Positions 12,975 to 25,800 of a stretch of 64,000 bases of DNA are shown piece by piece; the first letter of the stretch is position 1, and every line of letters begins with the position of its first letter. Location of the stretch: NCBI GenBank assembly GCA_002633005.1, contig NMRA01000436.1, positions 62,001 to 126,000 on the forward strand, given 5' to 3'. Origin of the DNA: Phoronis australis (lineage: Eukaryota > Animalia > Phoronida). Both the position numbers and the translations under genes were made by a program. The notes under the pieces are model-generated. The model saw only the letters and a list, made by a program, of their open reading frames with translations, was not told the DNA's origin and searched no databases.

Positions 12975-13651
12975 AGGCCCGTCATAACCTTGGTGCCAGC
13001 TGTATACTAATTATACACTCATTGCGCCGATATGGGTAAAAATTGATCAAATAAAATCTGACACAAAATTATTTTCGTTTTAAAAACTTAACTATTCCTT
13101 GAGAAAACTAAAATATGTACTGATTTTGGAAAAATTGGCGTTCTACCGGCGTTAATCTGCTTCTAAATTGTGGTGTGCTCTTTTGCGTCGGCTTTCGGCG
13201 CTGTCACCTATTGGCCAGTTTCTGTTCCCCAATTCTTCAATCGCCGACTGCTCTTCTCTTCAGCGAGGTTGCGTACGTATCACAAGTTATCGGAACTGGT
13301 TTCATTTTTATTATTTTAAAACCAGCAAATTTAAGAACAAATTTTGCTGATGTGAAGCTGTCATCATCTACCGAGAGATATCGCAGAATTTTAGGAAATG
13401 GCGCGTGTCACGATCGTACTGTTTTAAAAAGAACGACTGATTTTTCTTTGATACAAGAGGCACAGAATTATGCATGAAAATGAGGATCATTTGATTGTTG
13501 CTTTGTTGGTCACGACACTGGATGTTTATACCATATTGGAGTTTTTGTAATACTTTGAGGTTATGTATCTACAAAATTGTGGACTTAAACTCAATGAAAG
13601 TGTATAAAGTTCCTAAATGTTGAAAAAATGCACATATTTTTAGCTTTGGCC
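12975..13651 (+). mobile_element. Dispersed repeat (probable TTAA-type MITE); inverted copy at ~49640-50200
   Basis: TGGGTAAAAA..ATAAAATCTGAC, CCTTGAG.AAACTAAA, CTATTGGCCAGTTTC, CGAGGTTGCGTAC and CGGAACTGGTTT all recur in reverse complement at 49700-50190. Right end GGCCT|TTAA. Confidence 0.6.
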
Positions 13652-15759
13652 TTTAAGTTGACACTAAAATGTCTTTTTAACGCAATAAATAAAAAATAAA
13701 TACACATTAACTTGATAGCAGAACAGAAGTGTCAATGTCATGTAAATATTCAAGATTAATGGTCAAAACACCTTGTCACCGTTTTCCAAATTATCTTTTT
13801 GTTTTCATTTAATACATCTTAAAGTTACATTTCGCACCGTTAAGCAGGCTATGAAAGGGGAATGCAATTAAACTTTTACTCTCATAGAATCGGTTTCCGA
13901 TACACGTAGCCCTTACCGCTTAGTACTGTTACCAAAAAGAACATCGAATCCATCAGCGACTCATCAAGATAACGTTTTAGGGTTTACAGGGGTTGGCCAA
14001 CCCTAAAATTGCAAATTCGACAAAAAGCGCGTTTACGTATTGCCTGAGACTTGAATTGGCATGGAAACAAAATCCTTTCACAGTAAGGGATATTATGAGT
14101 CCATTTTTATGGGAGTATAAGGCCTATTTCGTTAATCAGGGGAAAGGCATTTTTAAGAATTTCTAGAAGGTAAATCATCAAAGTTACACTTTTCCATAGC
14201 ACCTGATGCAAAATTAAACAGCTGAAAACAATTCCAACCAGGGTCTGAAATAATCGTACACATCCGGCAAGCCAATAATGATAATTGATGTCCCCGGCAA
14301 CGTTAGCCAAAATTTGACATTTTCCAAAGTTAAAAGGAACAACAAGCTTAACAATTCGAATCATATGAAAATGTCAAATGTATTGTTTGCTAATTTCAGA
14401 TCAAATCAACTTTTAAACACATGAATAAGACTCCACCAAATAACCTTACAAATGAACTCTTTAAGGTCGGCCACGCCTTCGTCCATTCAAAGCGAACTGA
14501 GGAGGTTAGGCCGGAAATACATGTACCCGTCAGGCACTTTGAATTTGTAAAATAAATCTGGCTCCATTTTGCACCCTACTTTCGTCTCTCAGTTCGTAGT
14601 TATCGCATGTAAAGGGTGGCATTAGGGTGAAAACTGCGGATTTGGAGTATTTTTGATCGTTTTATTTATAGCCGGCTGCATTTAAGATAGTCGTAAAAGA
14701 TGGAAAATTGACTCTGGATTCGGTTTCAATGTACTTTGTGCAAGTCTTTTGAAGCCATTAGGCCAGTATACTGTTCATATTTGTACACCCTGTGGAACAG
14801 ACTGTTGGAGCTGCCAACAACTCGGTGCATGTTTTGTACAACCCTGCGGAACAGGCTGTTGGAAATGGCTCTAGGACATTTGGGTGACGACAGGTTGGTG
14901 GATGGCCTTCTGCATATTTGTTTTAATTAAAAGCTGCGGGGAAGTCTTCAGCGTTTTTGAAATAATTTTTCATAGTCCACCAGACTGGTTAGCTTTCAAA
15001 CGATTCAAGCAAAAATACCCAACGTCTCAGAACATTCGTTTCGTCCCTGCCACGTCGTCCGTTTAGTCAAAAGAATGACGTCTTTGTGCTCTATCAAGGC
15101 TAAATTGTTTTATGTAGAATGCTTCATATTGCTCTATGATTAAGTTCGAACCAATACAATTGTAGATTAGGAATAATGATGTTAATTCAAAATTCGTAAG
15201 CGCAAAATTCATGCCTTTTACCAAAGTGAATAGGAATGAGTATCTTTAAAATCAAGCTTCACATTATTGGTCTTAATGATAAGCACATTATTTACGGATG
15301 GGTTTTTCTAGCGCAACGAGGACCGATCGTACGAATTAATGTGTTCATGGCCAGAAGAGGGCGGTAAACCATCAATTGAATTTGAACGCTTCCTGTGCTA
15401 ATCGAATTCGAGCCTGTCTTTGACATCATACAAGAGCTTTCAGAATTAAGAGCAAAGCAAAAACTATTGGAGTTTATCATGAGCACAAAGTGAACAGCAG
15501 CATACACTCGTTGCGGACACAGTTTGCACGTAAGGAACAACCACTAACAGACGTTTGTGGCCTACACGTTATGGGATAGTCAACAATATCCAACAATATG
15601 CCGAAGGAACAAAAACAACTAGAAAGATTATTCTCACGGCGTGACAATAACGAACTCTGCGCGTGTGTATTACTGGAATTATTATGGGGAGTTACTGACA
15701 GCAACCCCTTTAGCAATACGAAAAGGAATTCTTTAAAATTGTAGGAGAAATTACATATT

Positions 15760-16670
15760 AATTTTTGATGACCTTTCCACTAATTGACCTCTTGCGGTGC
15801 ATTATGAGCCCCGATGAGGGAGTAATTGTTAACTCGATTAAAAGTGTGGTTAATGCCAATAATCACAGATGTTTTACTTCAAGCACTTCAGAATACGAGA
15901 TGAATGAAGTGATCAGACTTTCAGAAGAAAAATGCACCTAATGACCCCATGGGTGCACCAAATGACCTGAAAACTTAGAATTCATACTCAATCGCACTTA
16001 GTAAACAGATACGTAATTCTGAAGTCTCTAGCTCAAAATTTTAGTTTGCACTCAATGACCTTTGTCCTATTTTTTCTGATTGGTTAGGCCTTTTGCGAAG
16101 TAAACTAGGTTATTTAATTGGCATGTTGACTTTCACCAGTGTGCTGAAATTGAAAAGAATTCCTTGAAAAACGTAAGAGATATAACATTTTGAACGTTAT
16201 ATGACCTTTGTACTAATTGACCTTATCCGGTGCATTTTAAGCATCTTTAGGAGAATTATTGCAAAGCCCATGGAAAATGTGTTTAACGATGAGAATCACA
16301 GTTGTCTAACGGTTGACACATCAGAATACTTGCTGATTGAAAAGGTCAAATTTTCAGAAGAAAAATGCACCTAATAACCTCATGTTTGCACTAAATGACC
16401 TGAAACTTTGGATTCCGATTTGATTTACCTGTGGCAATCAGACCTGTCAATTTGAAGTGTCTAGCTCAAAATTTTAGTTTGCACCTAATGACCTTTGAAC
16501 TATTTCACCTGATTGGATGACCCGATTACTGAGAAAAATAATTTTTTAAATTGCGATGTTGACTTATACCTGTGCACCGAATTTGAAAAAGATAGCTTCA
16601 AAACTAAAGGAGTAGTAGCATTTTGAAAATTATATGACCTTTGCACCAAGCGACCTCTTCCGGTGCAATA
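15760..16670. repeat. ~433-bp diverged tandem repeat, about 2.1 units
   Basis: CTAGCTCAAAATTTTAGTTTGCAC at 16028 and 16461; TTCAGAAGAAAAATGCACCTAAT at 15920 and 16353. Confidence 0.8.
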
Positions 16671-17036
16671 TGGCATACGATTATCTAACCAATCAAAATT
16701 TATATACTGTCAAAGGTTATATGCTGAATTTAGAGACCGTGCCTGTACCCAATTTGGAGTTATTAAAGGTGAAGGCAACCTTTCCTTTTTTCATGTCATT
16801 TTGAGCTAAAATAAGGTTGGTTGGTTATCCTAGACATATTTTCCACTTAATTACAGCTTTTCGTAATTTTGTTTATTACTCGTCCGCTACTCCGGAAGTG
16901 ACGTTTTAGGATGCAAGCATTTCGCGCCATTTTGTTTTCATATAGTCTGACTGTGAGAGCTGCCAAGTCAGTCATTGTTCTACCTCGGTTGTGTTAAGTT
17001 ACGTCGTCGTTTGCTTTCATTTACTAGTCAGTCAAC

Positions 17037-17828
17037 ATTCCACACTGTTGCTGCGTACCGGGATGTACTAATTATCGTCTCACGCGCCCTTTGGGAGTAC
17101 CTTAGCATCGCTTTCCGATGGATGACACACTTCGCCGTACTTGGCTCGTTCGTGTGAAGAACGCAGCGTTACCCGTCCACGCAACGTACAAAGCAGTAGA
17201 GAATTACCGTGTGTGTGGCAAGCACTTTCTGCCGTCCGATTACGAAAGGGATGTGTACGCTGAACTGATGGAGGACCCTGCGAAACAACGCCTGAAGAAG
17301 GATGCCATTCCGTCTGTGTTGATTCTCGGCAGTAACCCGTCGCCACCTCCGAGAAGTGCGTTTCTGAAGAGAGAAGCCTCGCGAGCTGTGGCCAGTGCAG
17401 TGACTGGAGCCAGTGGAGGCACTTCATCCACTGTCACCCGTGCCTCCGAACGTACCCCAGAGCGTGCCATTCCTGGAACCAGTAGTGATTCGCCCTGTGC
17501 TGTTTTCTCCAGCCCAGAGCCTATCAAGCAGCCCTGCAGCGATATTGAGTAGTGGGAGTGATTACAGGCCCAGTTCGACACCCAGTGAAGAGGACAGTTC
17601 GTCGTCCAGTGAACAGATCGGTGAGCCAAACTTTGATTAGTTTATTGTGGACTTGTCTAAAGTGTTGGAGCTATTTAGAAGGTGCCAGGTGTGTGGCGAG
17701 GGAGTCACACGACACGATATAAGCAGTTTGGGTGCTCAGGTCACCATCCAGTGGGAGTGTGTCGCGGGACCACTCTGGCAAGTGGGACAGTTGTTCCTCT
17801 GTCCGTGGTATGCCGGAGGTCCACTTAA
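17037..17828 (+). pseudogene. Kolobok transposase 5' part (THAP domain plus Zn-binding region), no catalytic core
   Basis: (ATT)PHCCCVPGCTN...HRFP...W...VCGKHF...LKKDAIPS is a THAP signature, with an in-frame TAG at 17103. Later LELFRRCQVCG...QWECVAG appears. Frameshifted and truncated. Confidence 0.8.
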
Positions 17829-18134
17829 CCGTGTCCAGTAGTGGCTTGGCCTCGTCGAACTTTGAACAGCACAAGCATTCCATTGAGGTAGGCATAACAA
17901 CGCACACAGTGCATTTGCACCAATTGTGTCACCACGTCTGTCCTCAGCCGCCTCGTTTCTCTCAACAGCTGCCTGTGCCTGTGCGTACTCTGCCTCGTTA
18001 TACTTGGGCTCAAACATGTACCCACCCACTGAATGTCCGTGAAAAAATTCAAATTCCTCATCTCCACTGCTGTGAACAAGGTCTCCGTCACTTACACTAC
18101 TGTAACTGTGATACGGGTCACCGACTCCAGTCAT
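17829..18134 (-). pseudogene. KolX accessory protein 5' part (P2X7 ballast-like Cys-rich domain)
   Basis: GYMFEP followed, after a 1-nt frameshift, by WCKCTVCVVMPTSMECLCC, the W-C-x-C-x2-C-x2-M-P-T-x2-E-x2-C-C pattern. Confidence 0.75.
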
Positions 18135-19488
18135 TTTCAGCTTACAACACACTAAACAATCCCTAAATCCAACGTAGTTGTGTTCTCTACTAACCTATCT
18201 TGCCGCAGAATACTCGCCGATGGAAAGTGGTGGCGACAATTGTTGAAAAACAGCACAAAACAAAAGTAGAATAGAACAGATTCGCACGGTAAACTCAACG
18301 CAAAACCAAGTGGCGGGAAACGCTTGCCTCCTAAAACGTCACTTCCGGAGTAGAGGACGAGTAATTAATAAAATTACGAAAAGCTGTAATTAAATGGAAA
18401 ATATGTCTAGGATAACCAATCAACCTTATTTTAGCTCAAAATGACATGAAAAAGGTTGCCTTCGCCTTTAAGCCTCAAAGTTGGTCGGAAGAAGAATAAG
18501 AAGAATAAGAATAAGAATGAAATTGAAGAAAACCCAGGAACAACAGTACTCTGCGCTTACACGCGCAGAGTAATTATGCGTGCAAATAGAGTACACAGTA
18601 AAAATTGTTTCCTAAGCGAGTAAACAGGAAATTGGCAAAGGGCGCTGTAGCGTGAAATGACCTGCAGTTGGTGGTGCCTCGTAAGTTGGAATGCTGTTGT
18701 AAGTTTTTGCAATGTTACGCCCGGTTCTTAGCCTTGTATTACTACATCGGTGGATTTAGAATGCCTAAAGGCGGAAACCAGTTATAAACCCTAAAAACAG
18801 CATAACGACGGCGATTTTTGGTATCCATGAGAAGGAAGGGTCCTTGCTCCGCATAACTGCACCTGTGTATTGTACAATAGATTTTATTCACTGGGTTCAT
18901 CATGAGCGTGTTTTGAAATCGAGCTCCAATGACAAATACACCCTGCAGCTGCCCGTCGTGATGAAAGAAAGTAAACCCGCGAGTGACCGAGTCACATCGA
19001 CATGACATTTTCGGAATAAGATGACACGTCAGTCAGAGTACCCTACTGTAGGGTCACCGATATAATGTTGCTACACAGGGGTAAGAGAAGTCTTAAGGTA
19101 CGTCTACAGGCCCAGAATACGTATAAGTAGGGCAGTCGATTTAGTTTCGGTTGCCACACCGATGTATTTTTATATTTGAACATCATATAGGCCAAGCCAA
19201 AACTTACGGCTTACATGAAATGCCATCTGTGCAAAAACCTGGGGAGGTACGACATCTATACATTTGCTGTTAAAAACACACGGCGTATCACTGTAGACAA
19301 ATTATAAACAGTTACGCCACAAAATCTTTGTTATGTCAGAAGCAAGGCGACCAGACGTCTTGTAAACGCCTCTTATGAAAATAGTTGTCGACCAGGGTTG
19401 TATCCAACGGACAAAAGTCGTCTCTGCAGTCTGCAGTCAATCATTTGTCAAAGAGTGAGTGATGGGAACCGATAATAGCGGCCCGAAG

Positions 19489-19525
19489 TACATAAACCTG
19501 GATCAGCTGTTGGCATGGCCATTAC
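19489..19525 (+). promoter_or_regulatory. Possible core promoter (TATA-like box plus weak initiator)
   Basis: TACATAAA at 19489-19496 with CCATT about 30 nt downstream, roughly 400 nt upstream of the ATG. Motif-only evidence. Confidence 0.2.
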
Positions 19526-19905
19526 GTTGATATCGCAATAGAGCAGAAGAAATATGTAAGCCGCGAGTACGGAGGAACGTAGCCCCGAGAATTGTATCGT
19601 AAGGAGACCTAACGGGAGCACCTTTAATTTAAGTAGTTAAATAGTGTTCGTTGAGATTTTTATAGTTTATTTTTACTTGTACGCACACCCTCGTATCTAT
19701 TTTTCTGACTGTTACTGTGATGTCAAAATACCGATGTCATAAATTCGCAGTTGATGTGTCGTGTGTGTGATATAGTGAACTCAATCGGCATTCGTCGGGA
19801 GAGTGTGGAACCTATCGTCAGAAAAGTGGCAGATATTGATTAGATCTACACATTAAAACATATTTTGAATCCTAAGGACTTCCTTATCCCTTTGCTCAAG
19901 GCACA

Positions 19906-20701
19906 ATGATGCTCTGCTCCAAGTGCACACTTGTATTTCATTTAGCCATGCTTGGTGCTGTCGTGAACTCGCACAGTTTTAAAGATATACTGGATACAGT
20001 GGATTTTGCCGATGCAGTGGTGCGGTTTGCCAAAGTGTGGCGAACTTCTCATAGACTCGACAATGTGTCCCTGAGTCGTGACGACCTACTGAAGCTTGTG
20101 GAACGTTTGCAGTCTGGGAATACCTTCGCAAACGGCAAGGAAATGATGACCACAAGCGACGAGAAGCTTTCAGCCGACGAAATACACGAAAACGCTTACA
20201 GGTCTCGTAGCAAACGCGCACAAGGGCATGCATACGAACTGAGCGACAACGCTGTCTTTTTACGTCAGCAGGGTCGTGTGAACAGGACTGCCGATAATCG
20301 GAGACAAAAACGTACGACCGCGGACGACGACGGATTTATTGAGGAACAGCCACTGGATAGGCTCCCTGTACAAGACTTGGACTATCCGCAACTCCGAAAT
20401 GGTGAAAACGCAGTAAGCCCGTCTGCGTGCCCAGCATGCATGCTACAAGATGCAGCCAAGCAACTGAGATTGGAGGCTATAAAGAAACAGATTTTAACCA
20501 AACTTCGCCTGTCAAAACCGCCGAACGTGTCAAAATTTGTTAACGTTGACAGCAATCCGGCAATTCTTCGTTTAATGAACCGACATGGTTTGAATCACAA
20601 CGTCGGTCCAGGCGAAAGACCACTGGACGTCACGTACACAGTGGACACCGATGAGTCGTTCTTTGCAAAACCCATGAGAGTAATTCAAATTGCTGAAAAC
20701 T
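19906..20701 (+). CDS. MSTN: Myostatin/GDF8-11-like TGF-beta ligand, coding exon 1 (signal peptide, N-terminal extension, prodomain straitjacket)
   Basis: ATG at 19906 and a hydrophobic N-terminus (LVFHLAMLGAVV). CPAC...LRLEAIKKQILTKLRLSKPPNVS matches myostatin CNAC...[22 protein letters not shown]. Donor T|GTAAGT at 20701/20702 is phase 1. Confidence 0.9.
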
Positions 20702-22539
20702 GTAAGTAGATAATTTTTATAATTTTACTACACGTTATTTCAGCAGCAAACTTCAACGTGACATTCTCAAGTTGCAAATCATTCGCTCAGCCATAGTTCC
20801 CACAAGCAGAGCAATGTCTCCCTCATAATCACGATTTGTATTGATGAATTATGGTTAACGTTTAACGCGACTCAAGAAAATTAACTCTTTTGAGATTTTA
20901 CGGTGGCCAGAAAAATATCCATCGTATGATTATTATTGTGTTAAACAGACAGTATGAAGACCTAAGAGCTAGACAATGCCCCAGTCAAGTTAACTACGTA
21001 GATGTCATCTATCCAAGGGTCGCTGAAGGCCTAGAGAGGTGCTTGCACCGGGATGATAGCTTTCGTTAACTACACTTTAATTACCTGGTCGCCTGGAACT
21101 CCCATCACTTCATGTTCATATTTATTTTCATCTTTCTGATTGTACACATTGGCAGGCTTGACTGGGAAAAACAACCAGTACGCTTTTCAAATTTAAATCT
21201 ATTTGTCCCTACAACCAGTCGTCTGCACGGCGTGCATTTTTATCGCTTGGTCTTGTTTGCTCGTCACTCGTCTAGGTGTAACTTTATCAACTAGACGTCC
21301 AAAAGTTCAGAGTGATAACGACTGCGTATCCTTTCTGGCGATCGTGGTTGTTGTTACGTAAGGGCATAGGGCACATTACTAGCAACACAATGATAGAAAC
21401 ATGTGAGACCACTTGGACTATTGGAGGCCCAAAATCGTCACTTCAAGCACAGGTGAAAACAAATTCGACTGGTCAAAATACCGCTAACAAGGCCAACACT
21501 GTACAATCGTTGGAAACTAAAAGTGTTTTCACACAATTAAAACTAACCCTTTTCAAAGCTTGAATTGTTTTTATGGTGACTGCAAAATCAATATGAAAAG
21601 ACACTGACCACTGAAATACGCATAATATCCCAATCGCATGGCACCTTGACTCCATTTGCCCGCACGTAAAACTTGCCGCCAACGCTATTCTATACCCTCT
21701 CACGCCATTCGCTTAGTATTCTGAGTTATAATATCTCTACGCACAAATTTGTTGCCTATTGAATAGTCTTCGATTGTTCGTTTCAAATGGAATCGCTTCA
21801 TGATTACCATGGGTTTCCCATAAAGCGCCCATCGCCAAAAAGCACTAATGGGCGATTTTTCGGAAATCAATGGGGAAAACGCATAGTGCGCGATTTTTCG
21901 GGAACGAAAAGCAAATAGAAATATTTAGAGCGCATTACCTTCATAATATTAGTTATTACCTTTTCCACGTTGTGTTCTTTGAAAGCAACATTTTGCGCAT
22001 AAGTAGATTGTGCGTTGACAAATGATGTTTATTTAGATTAATGGCTCCACAACCGATAAAATTCAATATAATGGTGCTCGGCTGGTATTTTTGTCCGTTG
22101 CCAGTATGTCTACCTTTAGTGTCACCAAGCCAGCGGTTCGCCTCGTTCCAAGAATAGAAAAGAAATTCTACACCTGTACTGCGTTCAGCTGGCATATGTC
22201 CTATTATCATCTTTGTAGCGGTATCAAAAAACTGACAAATCTAATATTCATATTCTGACGTCTGTTTGTTAAGTATACAGTGAACATACCAATGAGCTCA
22301 CCGTTGCGCGCAACAATACAAGTCAGTTGTCCTCGTAAGCAGCGATTCCGAGAATAGCGTGGATAAAAAACTATCGAATATTTTCCAATGGAAATTGATA
22401 GGCTGGATAAGATTAACAATGTGAAGTAAAAATACAATTGAATTGATTTTATAATTTCCAAATAATTAATTGAAAAACAAAATGAAACAGTAACAGGTTA
22501 ACACTTAAACCGTCCAGCAGCTCGATCACCGAGTTTGTC

Positions 22540-22872
22540 AGTGAGCAAAATCTAGCACCGTAGGTGAACAACAATGTCCGTGAACATAAAATGGCATAGC
22601 AGGTAAGCAGTAGTGTCCATGAACAGTAACCCCGGACTAGCAAAGTAGGTAAACAAAAATTTCCAGGAGCAGGGAACTGACATCATAGGTAAGCAACGAT
22701 GTCCGTGAGCTGTGAACAACCATCGTAGGTAAGCAATAACGTCCGTGAGCAGGGAAGTATCATCGTTAATAACAAACAATGTCCGTAAACAGGAAACTAC
22801 AATCGTAGGTAAGTAATAATATTCGTGAGCAAGGAACTAACATCGCACGTAAACAAGAATGCCCGTGAGCGG
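22540..22872. repeat. Degenerate 40-bp minisatellite, about 8 copies
   Basis: Recurrent CATCGTAGGTAAGCAA.AATGTCCGTGAGCAGGGAACTA at about 40-bp spacing. Confidence 0.8.
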
Positions 22873-25800
22873 GGTTGGCCTGCACTAGAGCAAATAGATG
22901 GGCCTTTGGAGATGGGAAAAACAATGCTGTAACAGGAATACGAGTCCTTGGGAAGGCAGTTTCGTCGTGGGGCAGTGCACTATTCACACCACGTTTAATC
23001 TTACTTCACATATGTTGGGCTCTAACATGGTAAAACTAAGCTATTCGCTTTTAGTCGTCATTTAAACGGCAAGCAGTTAATTAACTTTCAAATCTTTTGC
23101 ATTATAGTTTACCAAAAATTGAACATTTAGTAATTTTGAAAATACCCAAAGACGTGTGTGACGTCTCACTGGAAGGAGAAGGTAGGACTGCGAAACATTT
23201 AGCACTGGCCACATCAAATGATAAGATAAATACCAATTAATGCGTCCGTTTTTAGGAATAACTCGTGTTCAGGCAGCAGTTGCATTTAGGTATCTCGCTG
23301 CACCGCATGCCAGTAGGTGCACGTGTGTGTAACAGACGAAGCCAGTGTAAGGAAAGTCACCCGCTTTGATTTCAACAAATATCTGGCAGACAACGGGTGG
23401 AATTGGAGATTTGCTAGAGAAAATCACAAAAACACAACGGATTTTTCTTGTGCAGTACTGTAGCTCTAGCCAAAGGTAAAAACAGTAAGACGCCCGTCTC
23501 AAGAACAGCGCCCCCAAAGTGGGGTATTCGCCAGTACAACAGATTATGTTCCATCAACACAATATTCAAATTAATTAATAATATTATTTACCGTGACATT
23601 TCAAAGCGTCGGTTGTCATAAAGTATGCAAAATTGTAATATCGTAGGAGTTGTTGTTTTTATTATTTCAAATAATTACCGTACTGTTGTGCCTTTAGGCC
23701 CACGGGCCTATGTCCGAAGTAATACATTTTTCGTGGCATTTTACCCATGTGGTTAGCAGAGGCGCATGCGCCTAAGATTCGCATATTAGACTAGTTATGC
23801 CCAAACGCTCATCGGCTTAATGGCGCGGCAATGCGGTATCATTTACAAAAACTCAAAACTTAAACTTAGCAACAAAAACCATTTGCCTCTGAAATATATT
23901 GATAGCAAAAACGTAACTATTGAATTTAAAAATCTTATATATTTGTAAACATTGCACCACTGCAAAAATATTTTAAATGCAAAATATTGCACTGATATAC
24001 TGTTAGTTTTTGGAACTGAAATAGGATCTATTGCTTTTTCATGATTTTTCGATACAAGTACTGCAATGAAATATTACAAAATTCTCAAATTTACTAAATG
24101 TCCAATTTTCCTATTTTCGCAACCGGAAACGGCTTATTTCTAGAGAGAGATACAGTAGCTCTCTTGATAATGATACCAAGCCTTTGTGGGCCGGTTTACA
24201 ACAAATATTTCGCAAGGTTACACCGAGCAAGTGCACAAAATTTCAAATTTACTTCCGTAAATGTTTCAAACACGGAAACTATTGACGTTGGTTATTTTAG
24301 AATGTGAAATTCAGTATAATAACGCCGAGGAATAAATCAAGAGTAGAATCAAAAGTTACACGTTACAGCATTGCATCCACAATTAAGCGCGAATAAGACT
24401 AAACAATGGCTGCAGTAAAAAGTTTTCAGACTGCAAATTGGGTAATGAAAAGTCGAGTCTTTCTGTCTCTCGAAAGGAGTAGCGTTTACCAGTGCGCAAC
24501 GTTGCAGCCAAACATCCCAATTGTCTTTGCCTATGCCTGTAACTCTTAATGTAACACTTCGATAACACTTTGCAGAAAATTTGAATAATTCTTTCTAACA
24601 ACTTGCGGGTCTTTGCGGGATAGTAGGATACTTAATGCACTGTGAAGCGTGTCACGCAACATTTTCTGGAACGACACGAAGCTACGCCGCAAGGCTGCTC
24701 GTAAAAGTTGAGTGATCTTTCCACTCCTGTAGATACGGAGGTTCCGGTAGGTAACCACGCTCACCAGTTGAAAGACGATGTGAAGTAAAATCAGGTGCTT
24801 CTTCGAGATTGTGCAGGTGACTATTGGGGAACATGGCACGGAGTATGTGATAAACCCCGGTACTCGTACTTGAGAGCGGCAACAAACTCACTTTGTGTAA
24901 CAAAAACCTTGTGATTTTGACCACCGAATCAGATTGTTCCATAATCGAATTGGAGACGATTTCAGAGCTTCGTAAGGACTGTGAATTGATTATTGCTCAA
25001 GTTGTGTTGCCACGGCGTGTCATTTTATGCGCCGAGCTTGGTCTTAAATTAACGACAGTTCATAGTAAACCAAGAAAACTGTTCTCATCTGAGTAAGGAA
25101 CAAATTTCGACCACTTTCAAAATTAAATGTATATTTTGTCTAAATTAAATTCGCTTCTTGTACGGAAGGCGGGTTCATAGGCCTTTTTAGATCGGTATTT
25201 GGAGATTGGTGTCGAGGAAAACGTTCACACTCAGACGCACTTGATATTATTAATGATGTAAGAGACATTACCAGCTTTATAGCCGTAAAACGCATTTTTC
25301 GGAATATCATTGGATGGGGTAGATTTTTCTGAACCCGAACTATAAAACAACGAAATCCGTTGTGACTTTGTGACTTGATTACAGGTGGACAATTCTCCTT
25401 GTTGTTTGGCATTCGTTGACATCCAGACCGATGGCTATATCCATTGCAAGCTTAAGACTATTGCAAGTGCGATTTAGTTACGAAATCACAGCGTTAAACT
25501 GTGGCCGCTGGTGTTCCAGATTCGATTCGGCGCTGCGGCTGACCCCGGAGAAATCCCTTTCGCGCCGATAATACTGTCCCTCTAGAGTACACGTTCGTCT
25601 TCACGTTCTGATGCTTCTCCTCGTGAAAAAACGTAGGCTGGTCGGGAGAGGCAGTGACAATACCTGGCATAATGCTATAAAGTGATGTCGCTTATGTGGC
25701 TATTTACCTTTACCAGTCCATCGTTATATAAACTTGCAAATTTACCCCTTTGTGTGGAAAAAGACGGGGATAGAATCTAATTACATGGTTGACGCGTTGC

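Larger units (their letters stand above)
16767..18467. mobile_element. Internally deleted Kolobok DNA transposon
   Basis: TTAA TSD (16763-16766 and 18468-18471), AGG...CCT termini and ~160-bp imperfect TIRs. Contains convergent THAP-transposase (+) and KolX (-) 5' fragments. Confidence 0.85.
15647..18574 (+). mobile_element. Helentron/HINE-like non-autonomous element, interrupted by the Kolobok insertion
   Basis: 5' ACTCTGCGCGTGT (15654-15666) is the inverse of ACACGCGCAGAGT (18559-18571), which lies within a terminal hairpin. Internal ~433-bp TGACCT-rich tandem repeats and an (AAGAAT)n microsatellite near the 3' end. Confidence 0.6.

Noticed and set aside
17118-17552. Domesticated host THAP gene
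   Set aside because: The start codon is mutated, there is an in-frame stop within the THAP domain, and it sits between transposon TIRs with a TTAA TSD.
24380-25500. Possible integrase-like coding remnant on the - strand
   Set aside because: Only a faint KDNWD-like motif; no consistent catalytic motifs or convincing termini by eye.
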